DNA of 64,000 nucleotides from an uncultured bacterium (GCA_903831305.1 CAIKXE010000004.1:83524-147523), one strand, 5' to 3'; shown: positions 19,998 to 28,800, numbered from the stretch's first letter. The notes: generated from the sequence alone by a model not told the origin. Numbers and translations are program-made.

Positions 19998-20567
19998 TTA
20001 TTGTTTTCCTAAGTGTTTGAGAGCCGCTTTGACTCGGTCACTCGTGGTAATAAGGCTCTTATCTATTTCCTGAAGGGCTTCACGTGATTCACGGTGAGAA
20101 TAGCCTAAGGATTTTAAGGCCTCTAGAGCGTCAATCTCTTCTTTGAGACCGAGACTTACTTCTTCATAGCTACCAAGTTTGCCCTTGAGCTCTAGCACTA
20201 TTTTATCAGCCATCTTTTTACCCAAGCCAGAAACTTTGGTCAGGTGAGCGGTCTCCCCGGTGGAAATAGCTTTACGCAATGAATCCACCGTGGCAACATT
20301 TAGTATCCCTAACGCCGTCTTAGGCCCGACGCCGGAGATAGTAATCAATAATTCAAAAAAGTCCAATTCTTTTTTATCCGCAAAACCATAAAGGTCCAGG
20401 GCATTCTCTCGGACAGCGAGGTACGTCCAGATCTTTTGGGTCAGATCCACTTTAGCTAGGTTTAATAATTCAGTGGTACCAAACACCTTATAACCAATGT
20501 TATTGGTTTCTACGATGACAAATTTGTCGGCTTTATAGATTATCTTTCCAGTTATTTGTGAGATCAT
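19998..20567 (-). CDS. ruvA: Holliday junction branch migration protein RuvA
   Basis: VREN-LDLYGF, ISGVGPKTA, KIVLELKGK and ALKSLGYS motifs. Confidence 0.96.
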   Translation of the reverse strand: MISQITGKIIYKADKFVIVETNNIGYKVFGTTELLNLAKVDLTQKIWTYLAVRENALDLYGFADKKELDFFELLITISGVGPKTALGILNVATVDSLRKAISTGETAHLTKVSGLGKKMADKIVLELKGKLGSYEEVSLGLKEEIDALEALKSLGYSHRESREALQEIDKSLITTSDRVKAALKHLGKQ

Positions 20568-20583
20568 AAATTAATTATAGCAC

Positions 20584-20630
20584 ACCACCCCGGTTATCAG
20601 AATAACCACCCCTCCTTGACTAAGGAGGGG
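20584..20630. repeat. Twin-hairpin repeat, copy 2 (ruvA upstream)
   Basis: ACCACCCCGGTTATCAGAATAACCACCCCTCCTTGACTAAGGAGGGG; compensatory changes relative to 6101-6148. Confidence 0.85.
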
Positions 20631-20705
20631 AAAGGGGAGGTCATGTTGCTTTTTTGTCTTGTCTGTGTTATCTTTTCTTGGCAATAACTAATTAATAAAA
20701 AATCA

Positions 20706-20972
20706 ATGCCTATAACTTCATCTGCCAAAAAGGCCTTAAGGGCCTCAAAACACAAAGCCGTTTTTAATCTTCGAAGAAAAGACGCTATTTCTGATGTTGT
20801 CAAAAAGCTTAAGAAGCTCGTCTTGGCTAAAGATATTAAGAAAGCCGAGGCTCTACTCCCAACCGCTTTCCAGGCCATAGATAAAGCTTGCAAGACCAAG
20901 TTAATCCACAAGAATACCGCCTCCCGTAAGAAAAGCCGTCTAGCCAAAATGCTCGCTAAGGCATCTAAATAA
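20706..20972 (+). CDS. rpsT: 30S ribosomal protein S20
   Basis: MPITSSAKKALR and IDKA...IHKNTASRKKSRL; terminator hairpin follows. Confidence 0.96.
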   Translation: MPITSSAKKALRASKHKAVFNLRRKDAISDVVKKLKKLVLAKDIKKAEALLPTAFQAIDKACKTKLIHKNTASRKKSRLAKMLAKASK

Positions 20973-21018
20973 TTAAAACAAAAACCACTCGGGAACGAGT
21001 GGTTTTTTGATTTAATTG

Positions 21019-21090
21019 TCCCCCTGGCAGGAATCGAACCTGCATTTCTCCCTTCGCAGGGGAGTGTCCTATCCATTGAACGACAAGAGG
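21019..21090 (-). tRNA. tRNA-Arg(GCG)
   Basis: Cloverleaf; anticodon arm CTCCC-CTGCGAA-GGGAG; GGTTCGATTCC T-arm. Confidence 0.92.
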
Positions 21091-21116
21091 AATTTAAAAA
21101 CTCTAACACAAATAGG

Positions 21117-21578
21117 CTAAAATCCCAAGTATTCCATGATTTTATGAGAAGCGGGTTCGGTGAGCTCTTTTTCTTCTAGAAAGTTTTTTAAATATGAGGA
21201 AACGTCATTTACGCTGTCTTCATGGACCGGGATAATGATAAAAGGTAGCACGGCTTTTTTCAAGTGTAGAATTAATTTGGGCTCACCCAGCCGTGTTTCT
21301 AACCAGAAGGCTTCAATAGTGAGGTAGGGATGCAAATCTTGGTTTATTATAATACCACGCTCGTTTATCTCATACTGTACATCTTGCGGTATCCGCAGAG
21401 TGTAAAAAATCAGGACCACCGCTGAGAGTAGTATCAATATACCAAACAAAGCATTGTCAAAAATAAAAGCCAAAACAACCACGCAGACTATGATGATGCC
21501 CACCGCCCAAAACCAATCCGCACTTCTTTGATAGTGATGATATTCGGGCGCTTGCCATTTGAGAGATGAATCTTCCAC
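21117..21578 (-). CDS. Conserved two-TM hypothetical membrane protein
   Basis: W-APEY...R-ADWFW followed by two TMs and a soluble tail; GTG start 6 nt after TGTTATAAT. Confidence 0.75.
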   Translation of the reverse strand: MEDSSLKWQAPEYHHYQRSADWFWAVGIIIVCVVVLAFIFDNALFGILILLSAVVLIFYTLRIPQDVQYEINERGIIINQDLHPYLTIEAFWLETRLGEPKLILHLKKAVLPFIIIPVHEDSVNDVSSYLKNFLEEKELTEPASHKIMEYLGF

Positions 21579-21663
21579 GGGATAATTATAACACAATTCT
21601 ATTTTTAAATAAAAGCAAAGATTGTCAGAGCTTTTATCTAAGTGTTAAATGAGGTAAGATTAG

Positions 21664-23055
21664 GTGATGGAAAAGAATTTTACATTTATCATCATGGGGG
21701 TGACGGGGGACTTGGCAAAATTAAAGCTTATTCCCGCTATTTATAAATTATTAAAGTTAAATACCGTGGCTGAGGCGGCACTTATCGGTGTAGCTCGGTC
21801 AGAAAATACTATCCAAGCTATTTTGGCGGAGGCAAAAAAGAATATTAGGGAAGTAGATGAAGTAGTTTGGCAGAAACTCTGTAATTCAGCGTATTATGAG
21901 CGTTTGGATTTTGCGGAATTAGATGATTTTGAAAATTTAAAAAATAAAATAGTTGCGGTAGAAGAGAAGCACGGCTTGTCACATAATCGCTTGTTTTATT
22001 TAGCAACCCTACCTGAACATTTTGAAGTAGCAACGGTGAATTTGGCTAAGGTGGGTCTGGTAAATAGTAAGGATGATAAATGGGAAAGGGTGCTCTATGA
22101 AAAGCCTTTTGGTGATAGTTTGCACTCAGCCAGGCAGATTAATAAAGAAATTGATAAGGTTTTCTTAGAAGAAAACGTGTATCGAGTGGACCATTATTTA
22201 GGCAAGGAATTAGTGGGGAATATTGCTCTTCTACGCTTTACCAACCGTGTTTTGGAACCACTGTGGAGTCGGGTGCATATTGACTCGGTGCAGATTATTT
22301 GTGATGAAAATTTTGGAATAAAAAACCGTGGAAATTATTATGATAAATATGGTGCGGTTAAGGATTTTTTACAGAATCATATTTTGCAAATGCTTTCTTT
22401 GGTAGCCATGGAGTCACCCAAGCTTATTTCTGGGGAATATTTGAGAAATGAGAAAGTAAGGGTTTTAAAGAAAACAAAAATAGTAGATATTTTACTCGGG
22501 CAATATGAGGGTTATGAAAATGAAAGGGGAATTACGCCAGGCTCAAAAACCGAGACGTTTTTTGCGGCAAAACTTTTGGTAAATAATCGCCGTTGGCGCG
22601 GGGTGCCTTTTTTTGTGCGAGCGGGTAAAAATCTGACTAAAAAGGAGACAGTTATTCATATCCGTTTTAAGGCGGTGGATTGCCTTTTGGCCAAGTCTTG
22701 CCCGGCGGATAATAACTATCTGACCATCCGGATTGATCCAAACGAAGGTTTTTCTCTTGAGCTAAATTCCAAGTCCTTACGTAAGGGTTTTGAAGTGGAG
22801 ACTGTAGATATGGATTATTCACATAATTCTGTCCATGGTGTAAATACCCCTGAGGCTTATGAGGTTCTCTTGGAACAGGCGGTTTTAGGTGAGCAGGCTT
22901 TATTTGTTCGTAATGATGAAGTGGAGTTAGCTTGGAAAATAGTAGACCGAATAGATTTTAAAAAATTGGAAGTTTATAAATATCCGGTTGGTAGTTCTGG
23001 TCCTTTGGAACTTACTGATTGGAACAAGAAAAATAATATAATATGGAAATCGTAA
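21664..23055 (+). CDS. zwf: Glucose-6-phosphate dehydrogenase
   Basis: GVTGDLAK, EKPFG, RVDHYLGKE, QNHILQ and RWRGVPFFVRAGK motifs. Confidence 0.96.
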   Translation: MMEKNFTFIIMGVTGDLAKLKLIPAIYKLLKLNTVAEAALIGVARSENTIQAILAEAKKNIREVDEVVWQKLCNSAYYERLDFAELDDFENLKNKIVAVEEKHGLSHNRLFYLATLPEHFEVATVNLAKVGLVNSKDDKWERVLYEKPFGDSLHSARQINKEIDKVFLEENVYRVDHYLGKELVGNIALLRFTNRVLEPLWSRVHIDSVQIICDENFGIKNRGNYYDKYGAVKDFLQNHILQMLSLVAMESPKLISGEYLRNEKVRVLKKTKIVDILLGQYEGYENERGITPGSKTETFFAAKLLVNNRRWRGVPFFVRAGKNLTKKETVIHIRFKAVDCLLAKSCPADNNYLTIRIDPNEGFSLELNSKSLRKGFEVETVDMDYSHNSVHGVNTPEAYEVLLEQAVLGEQALFVRNDEVELAWKIVDRIDFKKLEVYKYPVGSSGPLELTDWNKKNNIIWKS

Positions 23056-23969
23056 AACGGATTGGTTTTATTGGTTTGGGACGGATGGGGTCAAATATGG
23101 TCTACAATCTTTTAGATAAGAAATATGAAGTGGTAGTATTTAATCGGACGCAAGAAAAGATGGCTGAGCCAATCAAGGCGGGAGCGATAGGGTCCTCGTC
23201 TATTTCCGAATTAGTAAAGCTCATAACCCTAAATGAAACACCGGGCAAGCCTGAACGCAAAGTCATCTGGCTCATGGTCAATGCCGGGGAAGCGCTAGAC
23301 CAAGTCTTGGCCGAACTTACTCCGCTTTTGAAGGAGGGCGATATTGTGGTGGATGGTGGTAACTCATATTATCAGGACTCTCAAAAAAGGTATGCCGGTC
23401 TAAAAAAACTTGGTGTGAGCTTCTTGGACTGTGGTACTTCCGGGGGGATGGGGGGAGCGAGGAATGGCGCTTGCCTCATGATTGGCGGGGACCGGGAGAG
23501 CTTTGACTATGTTAAGAATGTTTTTCAGGATCTGGCTTTGCCGGACGGTTTTGCTTATCTTGGTCAGAGCGGGGCGGGGCATTATGTAAAGATGGTTCAC
23601 AACGGTATTGAGTACGGTATGATGTCAGCCTTGGGCGAGGGGTTTGAGACGATTAAAAATTCGGACTTAAATATTGATTTGAAGGAAGTCGCTAAAGTGT
23701 ATTCTCATGGCAGTATTGTGGAGAGTAAACTCATGGGTTGGCTTGCGGAGTCATTTAATGAGGAAGGTTATTTGGATGCTATTTCAGGTGAAGTGCCAAA
23801 GGGGGAGACTGAAGAAGAAATGAAGAAGCTAAACGAGGCTTCTCATATGCCGAGCCTGGCGAGCGCCATAAAAGTGCGGGAAGAGTCACGACTCAAGCCG
23901 TCATATGCTGGCAAGCTGATCTCTGCTATGCGTAACAAATTCGGTGGGCATAAGGTAAATAAGGCCTAG
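23043..23969 (+). CDS. gnd: 6-phosphogluconate dehydrogenase (short decarboxylating form)
   Basis: GLGRMG, DGGNS, GTSGG, KMVHNGIEYG and MRNKFGGH motifs. Confidence 0.95.
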   Translation: MEIVKRIGFIGLGRMGSNMVYNLLDKKYEVVVFNRTQEKMAEPIKAGAIGSSSISELVKLITLNETPGKPERKVIWLMVNAGEALDQVLAELTPLLKEGDIVVDGGNSYYQDSQKRYAGLKKLGVSFLDCGTSGGMGGARNGACLMIGGDRESFDYVKNVFQDLALPDGFAYLGQSGAGHYVKMVHNGIEYGMMSALGEGFETIKNSDLNIDLKEVAKVYSHGSIVESKLMGWLAESFNEEGYLDAISGEVPKGETEEEMKKLNEASHMPSLASAIKVREESRLKPSYAGKLISAMRNKFGGHKVNKA

Positions 23970-24042
23970 CCTTGATCTATAATTGTAAACACCCCAGGGA
24001 CACAGGTTCCGTGGGGTGTTTTGTGTAGGTGAGCGCGGTGGC

Positions 24043-24273
24043 TCAGGTGAGGAAGAGACCGAGGGTCTGCTGGTCTTCGGGTTCTTCGGCCACATACCAG
24101 GAACTGACGATGAGCACACTGTGAGTTTTGGGGTGCTTGCTAGGCCACTCTTTGAGTGCCCGTTTTTCCCGTTCGTTTTGGTTCAGACGTTGCTCTGAAA
24201 CAACGTCAATCTCCCCGGTGACCGGTTTGTCGCGTACACTCAAGGCGCTGATCATGACTCGGTACCTGTACAT
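24043..24273 (-). CDS. Small hypothetical protein (GC-rich)
   Basis: AAAGGAGG SD before the ATG at 24273; converges on the gnd terminator hairpin (23988-24020). Confidence 0.55.
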   Translation of the reverse strand: MYRYRVMISALSVRDKPVTGEIDVVSEQRLNQNEREKRALKEWPSKHPKTHSVLIVSSWYVAEEPEDQQTLGLFLT

Positions 24274-24398
24274 CCGCTCCTCCTTTGGCTTCTCCAACTC
24301 GTGGCTATTTGCCGCACATATCTTTTACCAATATATACCTTCAATTATTTTTGTAAAGATTATAAATATTTTTAGTCAAATCTTGTTTTTATACAATT

Positions 24399-24506
24399 TT
24401 AAAAAATTAGGCATTTAACGCCTCTTTTGCTCAGTAAAATATTACCCTGTCCGTCATGACAGAGAAAGACGATAGATATGCCAGTGTAGTCTTTTCCTTT
24501 ATCCAT
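24399..24506 (-). pseudogene. Truncated NUDIX-hydrolase-like N-terminus (35 aa)
   Basis: MDKGKDYTGISIVFLCHDGQGNILLSKRGVKC resembles the first strands of NUDIX proteins but ends before any Nudix box. Confidence 0.55.
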
Positions 24507-24595
24507 ATTTGGATTATATCATAATTAATAAGGCTTGAAAAAATGCCAGAAATATGAGACTATTGTGCAGAAGCAGGGTTTTGCCCCTACTTGAC

Positions 24596-24682
24596 GGATG
24601 GGTGTCGGAGTGGTCTAACGAAACAGTCTTGAAAACTGTCGCCCGGGAAACTGGGCCGTGAGTTCGAATCTCACCCCATCCG
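24596..24682 (+). tRNA. tRNA-Ser(TGA)
   Basis: Anticodon arm ACAGT-CTTGAAA-ACTGT; long variable arm; G discriminator. Confidence 0.94.
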
Positions 24683-24771
24683 CATTGTTAAAAAATTTAT
24701 GCTATAATAAATATCTTATTAGCGTAATTAATCCTAAACCAAAATAAATATTTTGGTCGGACAAGAAAAAA

Positions 24772-24831
24772 ATGGCAAAAGGAAATAATCGACAGCAAAA
24801 AGAGAAGAAGAAACCAAAGAAGGCAAAATAA
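24772..24831 (+). CDS. Tiny basic peptide (19 aa) MAKGNNRQQKEKKKPKKAK
   Basis: Upstream TGCTATAAT (~24699); a strong terminator directly follows. Confidence 0.5.
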   Translation: MAKGNNRQQKEKKKPKKAK

Positions 24832-24833
24832 TT

Positions 24834-24877
24834 AAAAACAGCGGAGGGTTCAGACCTGAACCCTCCGCTGTTTTTTT
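24834..24877. terminator. Bidirectional intrinsic terminator
   Basis: AAAAACAGCGGAGGGTTCAG-AC-CTGAACCCTCCGCTGTTTTT. Confidence 0.85.
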
Positions 24878-24883
24878 ATTTGA

Positions 24884-25135
24884 TTATATTTGAGGTGGAG
24901 TCACAGTTGTCTGAGGAACAACTGATTTCTTTGTTTTATAATACATATAAGCTAGGTAGATTATCTCACCTACACCGAGGGTATTTATAACCAAGAGGAT
25001 AATAAAGATGACCAGCTGATTATTCCGCCCCGCCTTCCATAAAGCTAAGCCTTTCCAAATCAATGACCAAATCATAACAATGATAAACATTGTTATTTGT
25101 TGAGAGGTAAGCTCGCTCGGTAAACCACTAAACAT
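24884..25135 (-). CDS. Small membrane protein (DUF5652-like)
   Basis: WSLIWKGLALWKAG and INTLGVGEIIYL motifs. Confidence 0.8.
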   Translation of the reverse strand: MFSGLPSELTSQQITMFIIVMIWSLIWKGLALWKAGRNNQLVIFIILLVINTLGVGEIIYLAYMYYKTKKSVVPQTTVTPPQI

Positions 25136-25228
25136 ATTTTTAATTTATTAATATTTATAAAATCGACTATCATAGTATATACCTGGGGTGTGTTTTCTCA
25201 AAATCACTTTTTAGTGTAAGATAGGGAG

Positions 25229-25612
25229 ATGAAATATTTAGGTATTGATTTTGGGGAAAAACGGGTAGGAATAGCTATATCTGATGAAGATGGCAAGTTT
25301 GCTTTTCCGACGACGGTTTTGACTAATGATTCTGATTTAATGAAAAATATTGTAGATTTGTGTATGAAAAATAATGCAGAGGCAGTGGTGATGGGGGAAT
25401 CTCGTAATTTTCAGGGACAGATAAATAATATTATGTGGAAAATTGAGGGGTTTAAAAAGCAGTTAGAGACTATCGGTTTTAAGGTGGTATTTGAGCCAGA
25501 GTTTATGACTTCTATTCAGGCGAGCCAGATCACCGGGGAAAATAAGATGCTTGATGCTTCGGCGGCGGCCATAATTTTACAAGCGTATTTAAACAGACAA
25601 AATAATGGATAA
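25229..25612 (+). CDS. ruvX: Holliday junction resolvase-like / pre-16S rRNA nuclease RuvX (YqgF)
   Basis: LGIDFGEKRVGIAISD, E-MTS and DASAAAIILQAYL motifs. Confidence 0.93.
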   Translation: MKYLGIDFGEKRVGIAISDEDGKFAFPTTVLTNDSDLMKNIVDLCMKNNAEAVVMGESRNFQGQINNIMWKIEGFKKQLETIGFKVVFEPEFMTSIQASQITGENKMLDASAAAIILQAYLNRQNNG

Positions 25613-25943
25613 AATAATTTATGATGATTTTAAAAAAGTAGAAATCAAGATCGGTAAGATCCTGACAGTGGAGAGAATTGAAAAATCTGAGAAGTTATTA
25701 AAACTATCTGTGGATTTTGCAGAAGAAACGGGCCCTCGGCAGATTTTATCTGGTATTGCCAAGTATTTTCCCAATATTGAGGATTTGATCGGCAAGAAAT
25801 GCCCTTTTGTCACTAATCTGGAGCCTAAACCCATGATGGGAATGGAAAGTAACGGTATGATCTTGGCCGTGGGGGGCGGGGATGACCCTTTTTCTCTCTT
25901 TGAAGTAGCAGACGAAGGTCTTGTGGGTAAGATAATAAAATAA
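25605..25943 (+). CDS. Free-standing tRNA-binding OB-fold protein (MetRS C-terminal/Trbp111-like)
   Basis: DDFKKVEIKIGKI, RQILSGIA and NLEPKPMMGMESNGMIL motifs. Confidence 0.9.
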   Translation: MDKIIYDDFKKVEIKIGKILTVERIEKSEKLLKLSVDFAEETGPRQILSGIAKYFPNIEDLIGKKCPFVTNLEPKPMMGMESNGMILAVGGGDDPFSLFEVADEGLVGKIIK

Positions 25944-26011
25944 ATTAAGCTACCCATCTTTCTTTCTTTGTAAATTAAGAAAAAAATATGTTATAATTGA
26001 GACATAAAATT

Positions 26012-27076
26012 ATGTCGCAACAAGTTCCTTATTCTAAATTATTTACTCCACCCCGTTTCCTAGAGATGGCTTCTGTCTCGGTGGAAATAAAGCCCCGAGG
26101 TATTACTTTTCTATCCACTAAAAATACGGAGAGAGGTCTATTACCAGATGTTTATGGAGTGATACCCTTACCAGAGAATGCTGTCGCTTTTGGGGAGATA
26201 ATAAAAAAGGAGCCCGTTATCAAGGCTTTGGTGGAAATCAAAAAGAGAACCAAAGTTGACTTTGTCCGCTATTCTATCCCTGAGGAAAAAAGTTATATTT
26301 TTATGGTTAATCTACCGCTTCTAAAGCCTAAGGAAATGCGTGATATTTTGGATTTTAAAATAGAGGAAAATGTCTCTCTTTCAGCCAAGGAAGCAGTGTT
26401 TGATTATGATATCGTTCCTGGATCCACCTATAAATCTAATTTAGACGTAGTAGTTTCCGTGGTCCCACTAGATATAGTGGAAGAAATGCAGTCCCTATGC
26501 CTTCAGGCCGGGTTAACTCCTATTTCCTTTAGCTCAGAGTCTAGTAACGTCGCTCGATCCGTCATAAAGAGCTCTAATGAACAAGTGATTATTGTCGTAT
26601 ATATTCGTGAGGCTAACATCATATTATCGCTCGTTGTTCATGGTGTGGTGTGTCAGACCTCGTCTGTAAATTTTGGCAGCTCTACTTTTACGGATTTGCT
26701 GGCCAAGTATTTTAAAGTGTCTTTAGCTGAGGCAGAGGAGATAAAAAAGGAGAAGCTGTATACTGACAATCCTGACAACATGGAAGTCTTTTCTTATTTG
26801 ATCAACACTATTTCTGCTATTAAAGATGAACTTTTCAAGTTTATTTCTTATTGCAACGAGCGTGAAGACGTGACCGGTCAAGTTGATCGGGTTATCTTGT
26901 GTGGGCAGGATGCTTTGATGATGGGTTTTGATAAATATCTATCCCTAAATTTGGATATACGTGTAGACGTGGCAAATGTCTGGGTAAATAACTTTGATTT
27001 GGATAAGTATGTGCCAGACATTAATCATGTGGCTTCGCAGAATTTATTAACCGTAAACGGTCTTAGTTTATTATAA
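26012..27076 (+). CDS. pilM: Type IV pilus assembly protein PilM-like
   Basis: Actin-like pattern (EAVFDY, NFGSSTFTD, AEEIKKE, VILCG); first gene of a pilMNO-like cluster. Confidence 0.8.
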   Translation: MSQQVPYSKLFTPPRFLEMASVSVEIKPRGITFLSTKNTERGLLPDVYGVIPLPENAVAFGEIIKKEPVIKALVEIKKRTKVDFVRYSIPEEKSYIFMVNLPLLKPKEMRDILDFKIEENVSLSAKEAVFDYDIVPGSTYKSNLDVVVSVVPLDIVEEMQSLCLQAGLTPISFSSESSNVARSVIKSSNEQVIIVVYIREANIILSLVVHGVVCQTSSVNFGSSTFTDLLAKYFKVSLAEAEEIKKEKLYTDNPDNMEVFSYLINTISAIKDELFKFISYCNEREDVTGQVDRVILCGQDALMMGFDKYLSLNLDIRVDVANVWVNNFDLDKYVPDINHVASQNLLTVNGLSLL

Positions 27077-27077
27077 A

Positions 27078-27623
27078 ATGGCAAATCTTATTACCGAAAA
27101 ACAAAAGAAGATAATCAAGGTGGATTATTTGGTCCGTCTCCTGGCTCTTTCTTTGTTTGTGGCCAGTGTTTTGGGATCGTTTATTTTGGTTTACATTGTT
27201 CCGTATTATGTTTTTTTGAGTAAAAAGGAGGATCAGGTAGCCAAACAGTTTGAAGCTATGATCACGAGTGATAAAAAAGGGGGAGCGGGAGCCGGGGCGT
27301 CAGAGATTGTGCGGGAGACCCTGGATCAGATGAAGGCGCTAGAGCTTTATAAACCAGGTCAGCTGGACCCCTCAGATTACTTCACCAAAATTATTGAAAG
27401 CAAAAATACCAATATTGGTTTGAAAAAGCTTACCTTCAGCCCTAGTGGTAAAAGTGAAATTAAATTTTTAGTCAGTGGTATTTCCTTAGACCGAGAAAGC
27501 TTGGTGGATTTTATTGAGGCTTTGAAAATTAAAGGCGGTTTTGCCAGTGTAGAATCACCGGTTTCTGATTTTGCCAAGGATAAGAATATTTCTTTTACTT
27601 TAAATATTATTGCTAAAATATGA
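27078..27623 (+). CDS. PilN-like protein
   Basis: N-terminal NL motif, single TM, SG-SLDRESL-DF and FASVESP; follows pilM. Confidence 0.75.
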   Translation: MANLITEKQKKIIKVDYLVRLLALSLFVASVLGSFILVYIVPYYVFLSKKEDQVAKQFEAMITSDKKGGAGAGASEIVRETLDQMKALELYKPGQLDPSDYFTKIIESKNTNIGLKKLTFSPSGKSEIKFLVSGISLDRESLVDFIEALKIKGGFASVESPVSDFAKDKNISFTLNIIAKI

Positions 27624-28189
27624 AATTAACTTTTTCCAAAAAAATATTAGTCCTGGCCCTCACCGTTTTTACTGGTATTTTGGTTTTGGATATTGTCCTG
27701 GGAAATTTACTTATTAACAGGATCTCTAGTATTAATGGCCGAGTGGACCAGTTAAACACTTCTTCACAAAAACGAGAAAAGGATCTAGTCTTGACGGACT
27801 TCATCGCTAATTCAGCCGCTGAACGTGATCAGCTGGCTAGCTACTTTGTGGGGGCTGGTAATGCGCAGACCGTAGATTTTACCAAATATTTAGAGACGCT
27901 GGCTAAGGAGGCAGGAGTAACGGAGAAAAAGACTTTGAACTATCAATCAGTGACTGGTCTGGAATCATCGGTTAATGTGTCAGCTATTGAGTATCATTTT
28001 AGTGTTTCTGGCCGGTGGACAAATATTTTTTCTTTCTTACAGTTGATTGAAAATTTACCTAAGGTACTGGTTTTAAATAATGTGTCGTTGTCAGTAGCTT
28101 CAGAGGCAGTTTCTCTTAATGAGATAAGGGCCGGGGTGAGAGTTTGGTCATTGGACCTAGATTTTTCTGTTGTTAATTTGAAAAATTAA
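27620..28189 (+). CDS. PilO-like protein
   Basis: TM, then GRWTNIFSFLQLIENLP; third gene of the cluster. Confidence 0.72.
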   Translation: MKLTFSKKILVLALTVFTGILVLDIVLGNLLINRISSINGRVDQLNTSSQKREKDLVLTDFIANSAAERDQLASYFVGAGNAQTVDFTKYLETLAKEAGVTEKKTLNYQSVTGLESSVNVSAIEYHFSVSGRWTNIFSFLQLIENLPKVLVLNNVSLSVASEAVSLNEIRAGVRVWSLDLDFSVVNLKN

Positions 28190-28192
28190 AAC

Positions 28193-28477
28193 ATGATGAG
28201 AAATACTAATTTAAAAAATATAATTCGGGATTGGAAGATTGTGGTCAGTACCTTTGCCGTTCTTTTGATTATTGTATCAGCCCTAGCCTGGAAAGTGTAT
28301 TTGAGCCGGGAGATAGGTGGGGGATTCTTCTCAAGAGCAGAGGTGCCTACCGACACACAGGAGGTGACCATGGATAGTAAGAGACTAAAAGCCGATCTAT
28401 TAATCATGGAAACTAAACAGGCGGATTTTGTTAAAGTAAAAGCCACGCGCTCCCGCCTAGTTGACCCCTCGCTCTAA
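28193..28477 (+). CDS. Single-TM hypothetical protein (pilus cluster)
   Basis: RDW + TM + terminal DPS; co-oriented with pilMNO. Confidence 0.65.
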   Translation: MMRNTNLKNIIRDWKIVVSTFAVLLIIVSALAWKVYLSREIGGGFFSRAEVPTDTQEVTMDSKRLKADLLIMETKQADFVKVKATRSRLVDPSL

Positions 28478-28506
28478 AACTGTTATATTCAGCAGGTCTG
28501 ATCCAT

Positions 28507-28578
28507 GCCCTCGTAGTTCAATGGATAGAACAAAGCTCTTCTAAGGCTTTGATGTTGGTTCGATTCCAACCGAGGGCA
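28507..28578 (+). tRNA. tRNA-Arg(TCT)
   Basis: Cloverleaf GCCCTCG...CGAGGGC-A; anticodon arm AAGCT-CTTCTAA-GGCTT. Confidence 0.93.
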
Positions 28579-28601
28579 CAATAAAAAGTACTCTTTTTTA
28601 T

Positions 28602-28739
28602 TGTGCCCGAGAGCAGGCATGGGTATGCCTGCGTGTTGGAATCGAAGCCTGTTTGAGATTTTTTAGAATTTCCGAATGAATAAAAAATCCAAACACGGAT
28701 ACTGTTCTCGTAGAGAAAGATATCCAACCGAGGGCACCA
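28602..28739 (+). mobile_element. tRNA 3'-end-associated structured element, copy A
   Basis: Split antisense copy of the tRNA 3' end, a core shared with 61605-61753, and a direct repeat TCCAACCGAGGGCAC(CA) at 28723-28739. Confidence 0.75.
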
Positions 28740-28800
28740 GAATAAAAGTATCTATTGTCTACTTTTTGATAAGAACGGAAAAAAATGATATATTTATCCG

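Noticed and set aside
20597-21109. 170-aa minus-strand ORF and the many other short antisense ORFs in the track
   Set aside because: They are shadow frames of rpsT, tRNAs or other well-supported genes.
28518-28727. 69-aa ORF (and similar ORFs at 61496-61723 and 61593-61838) sharing RVWIFYS/KKSQTGF peptides
   Set aside because: They overlap tRNA or tmRNA on the antisense strand. The shared peptide is simply the translation of the non-coding repeat core.
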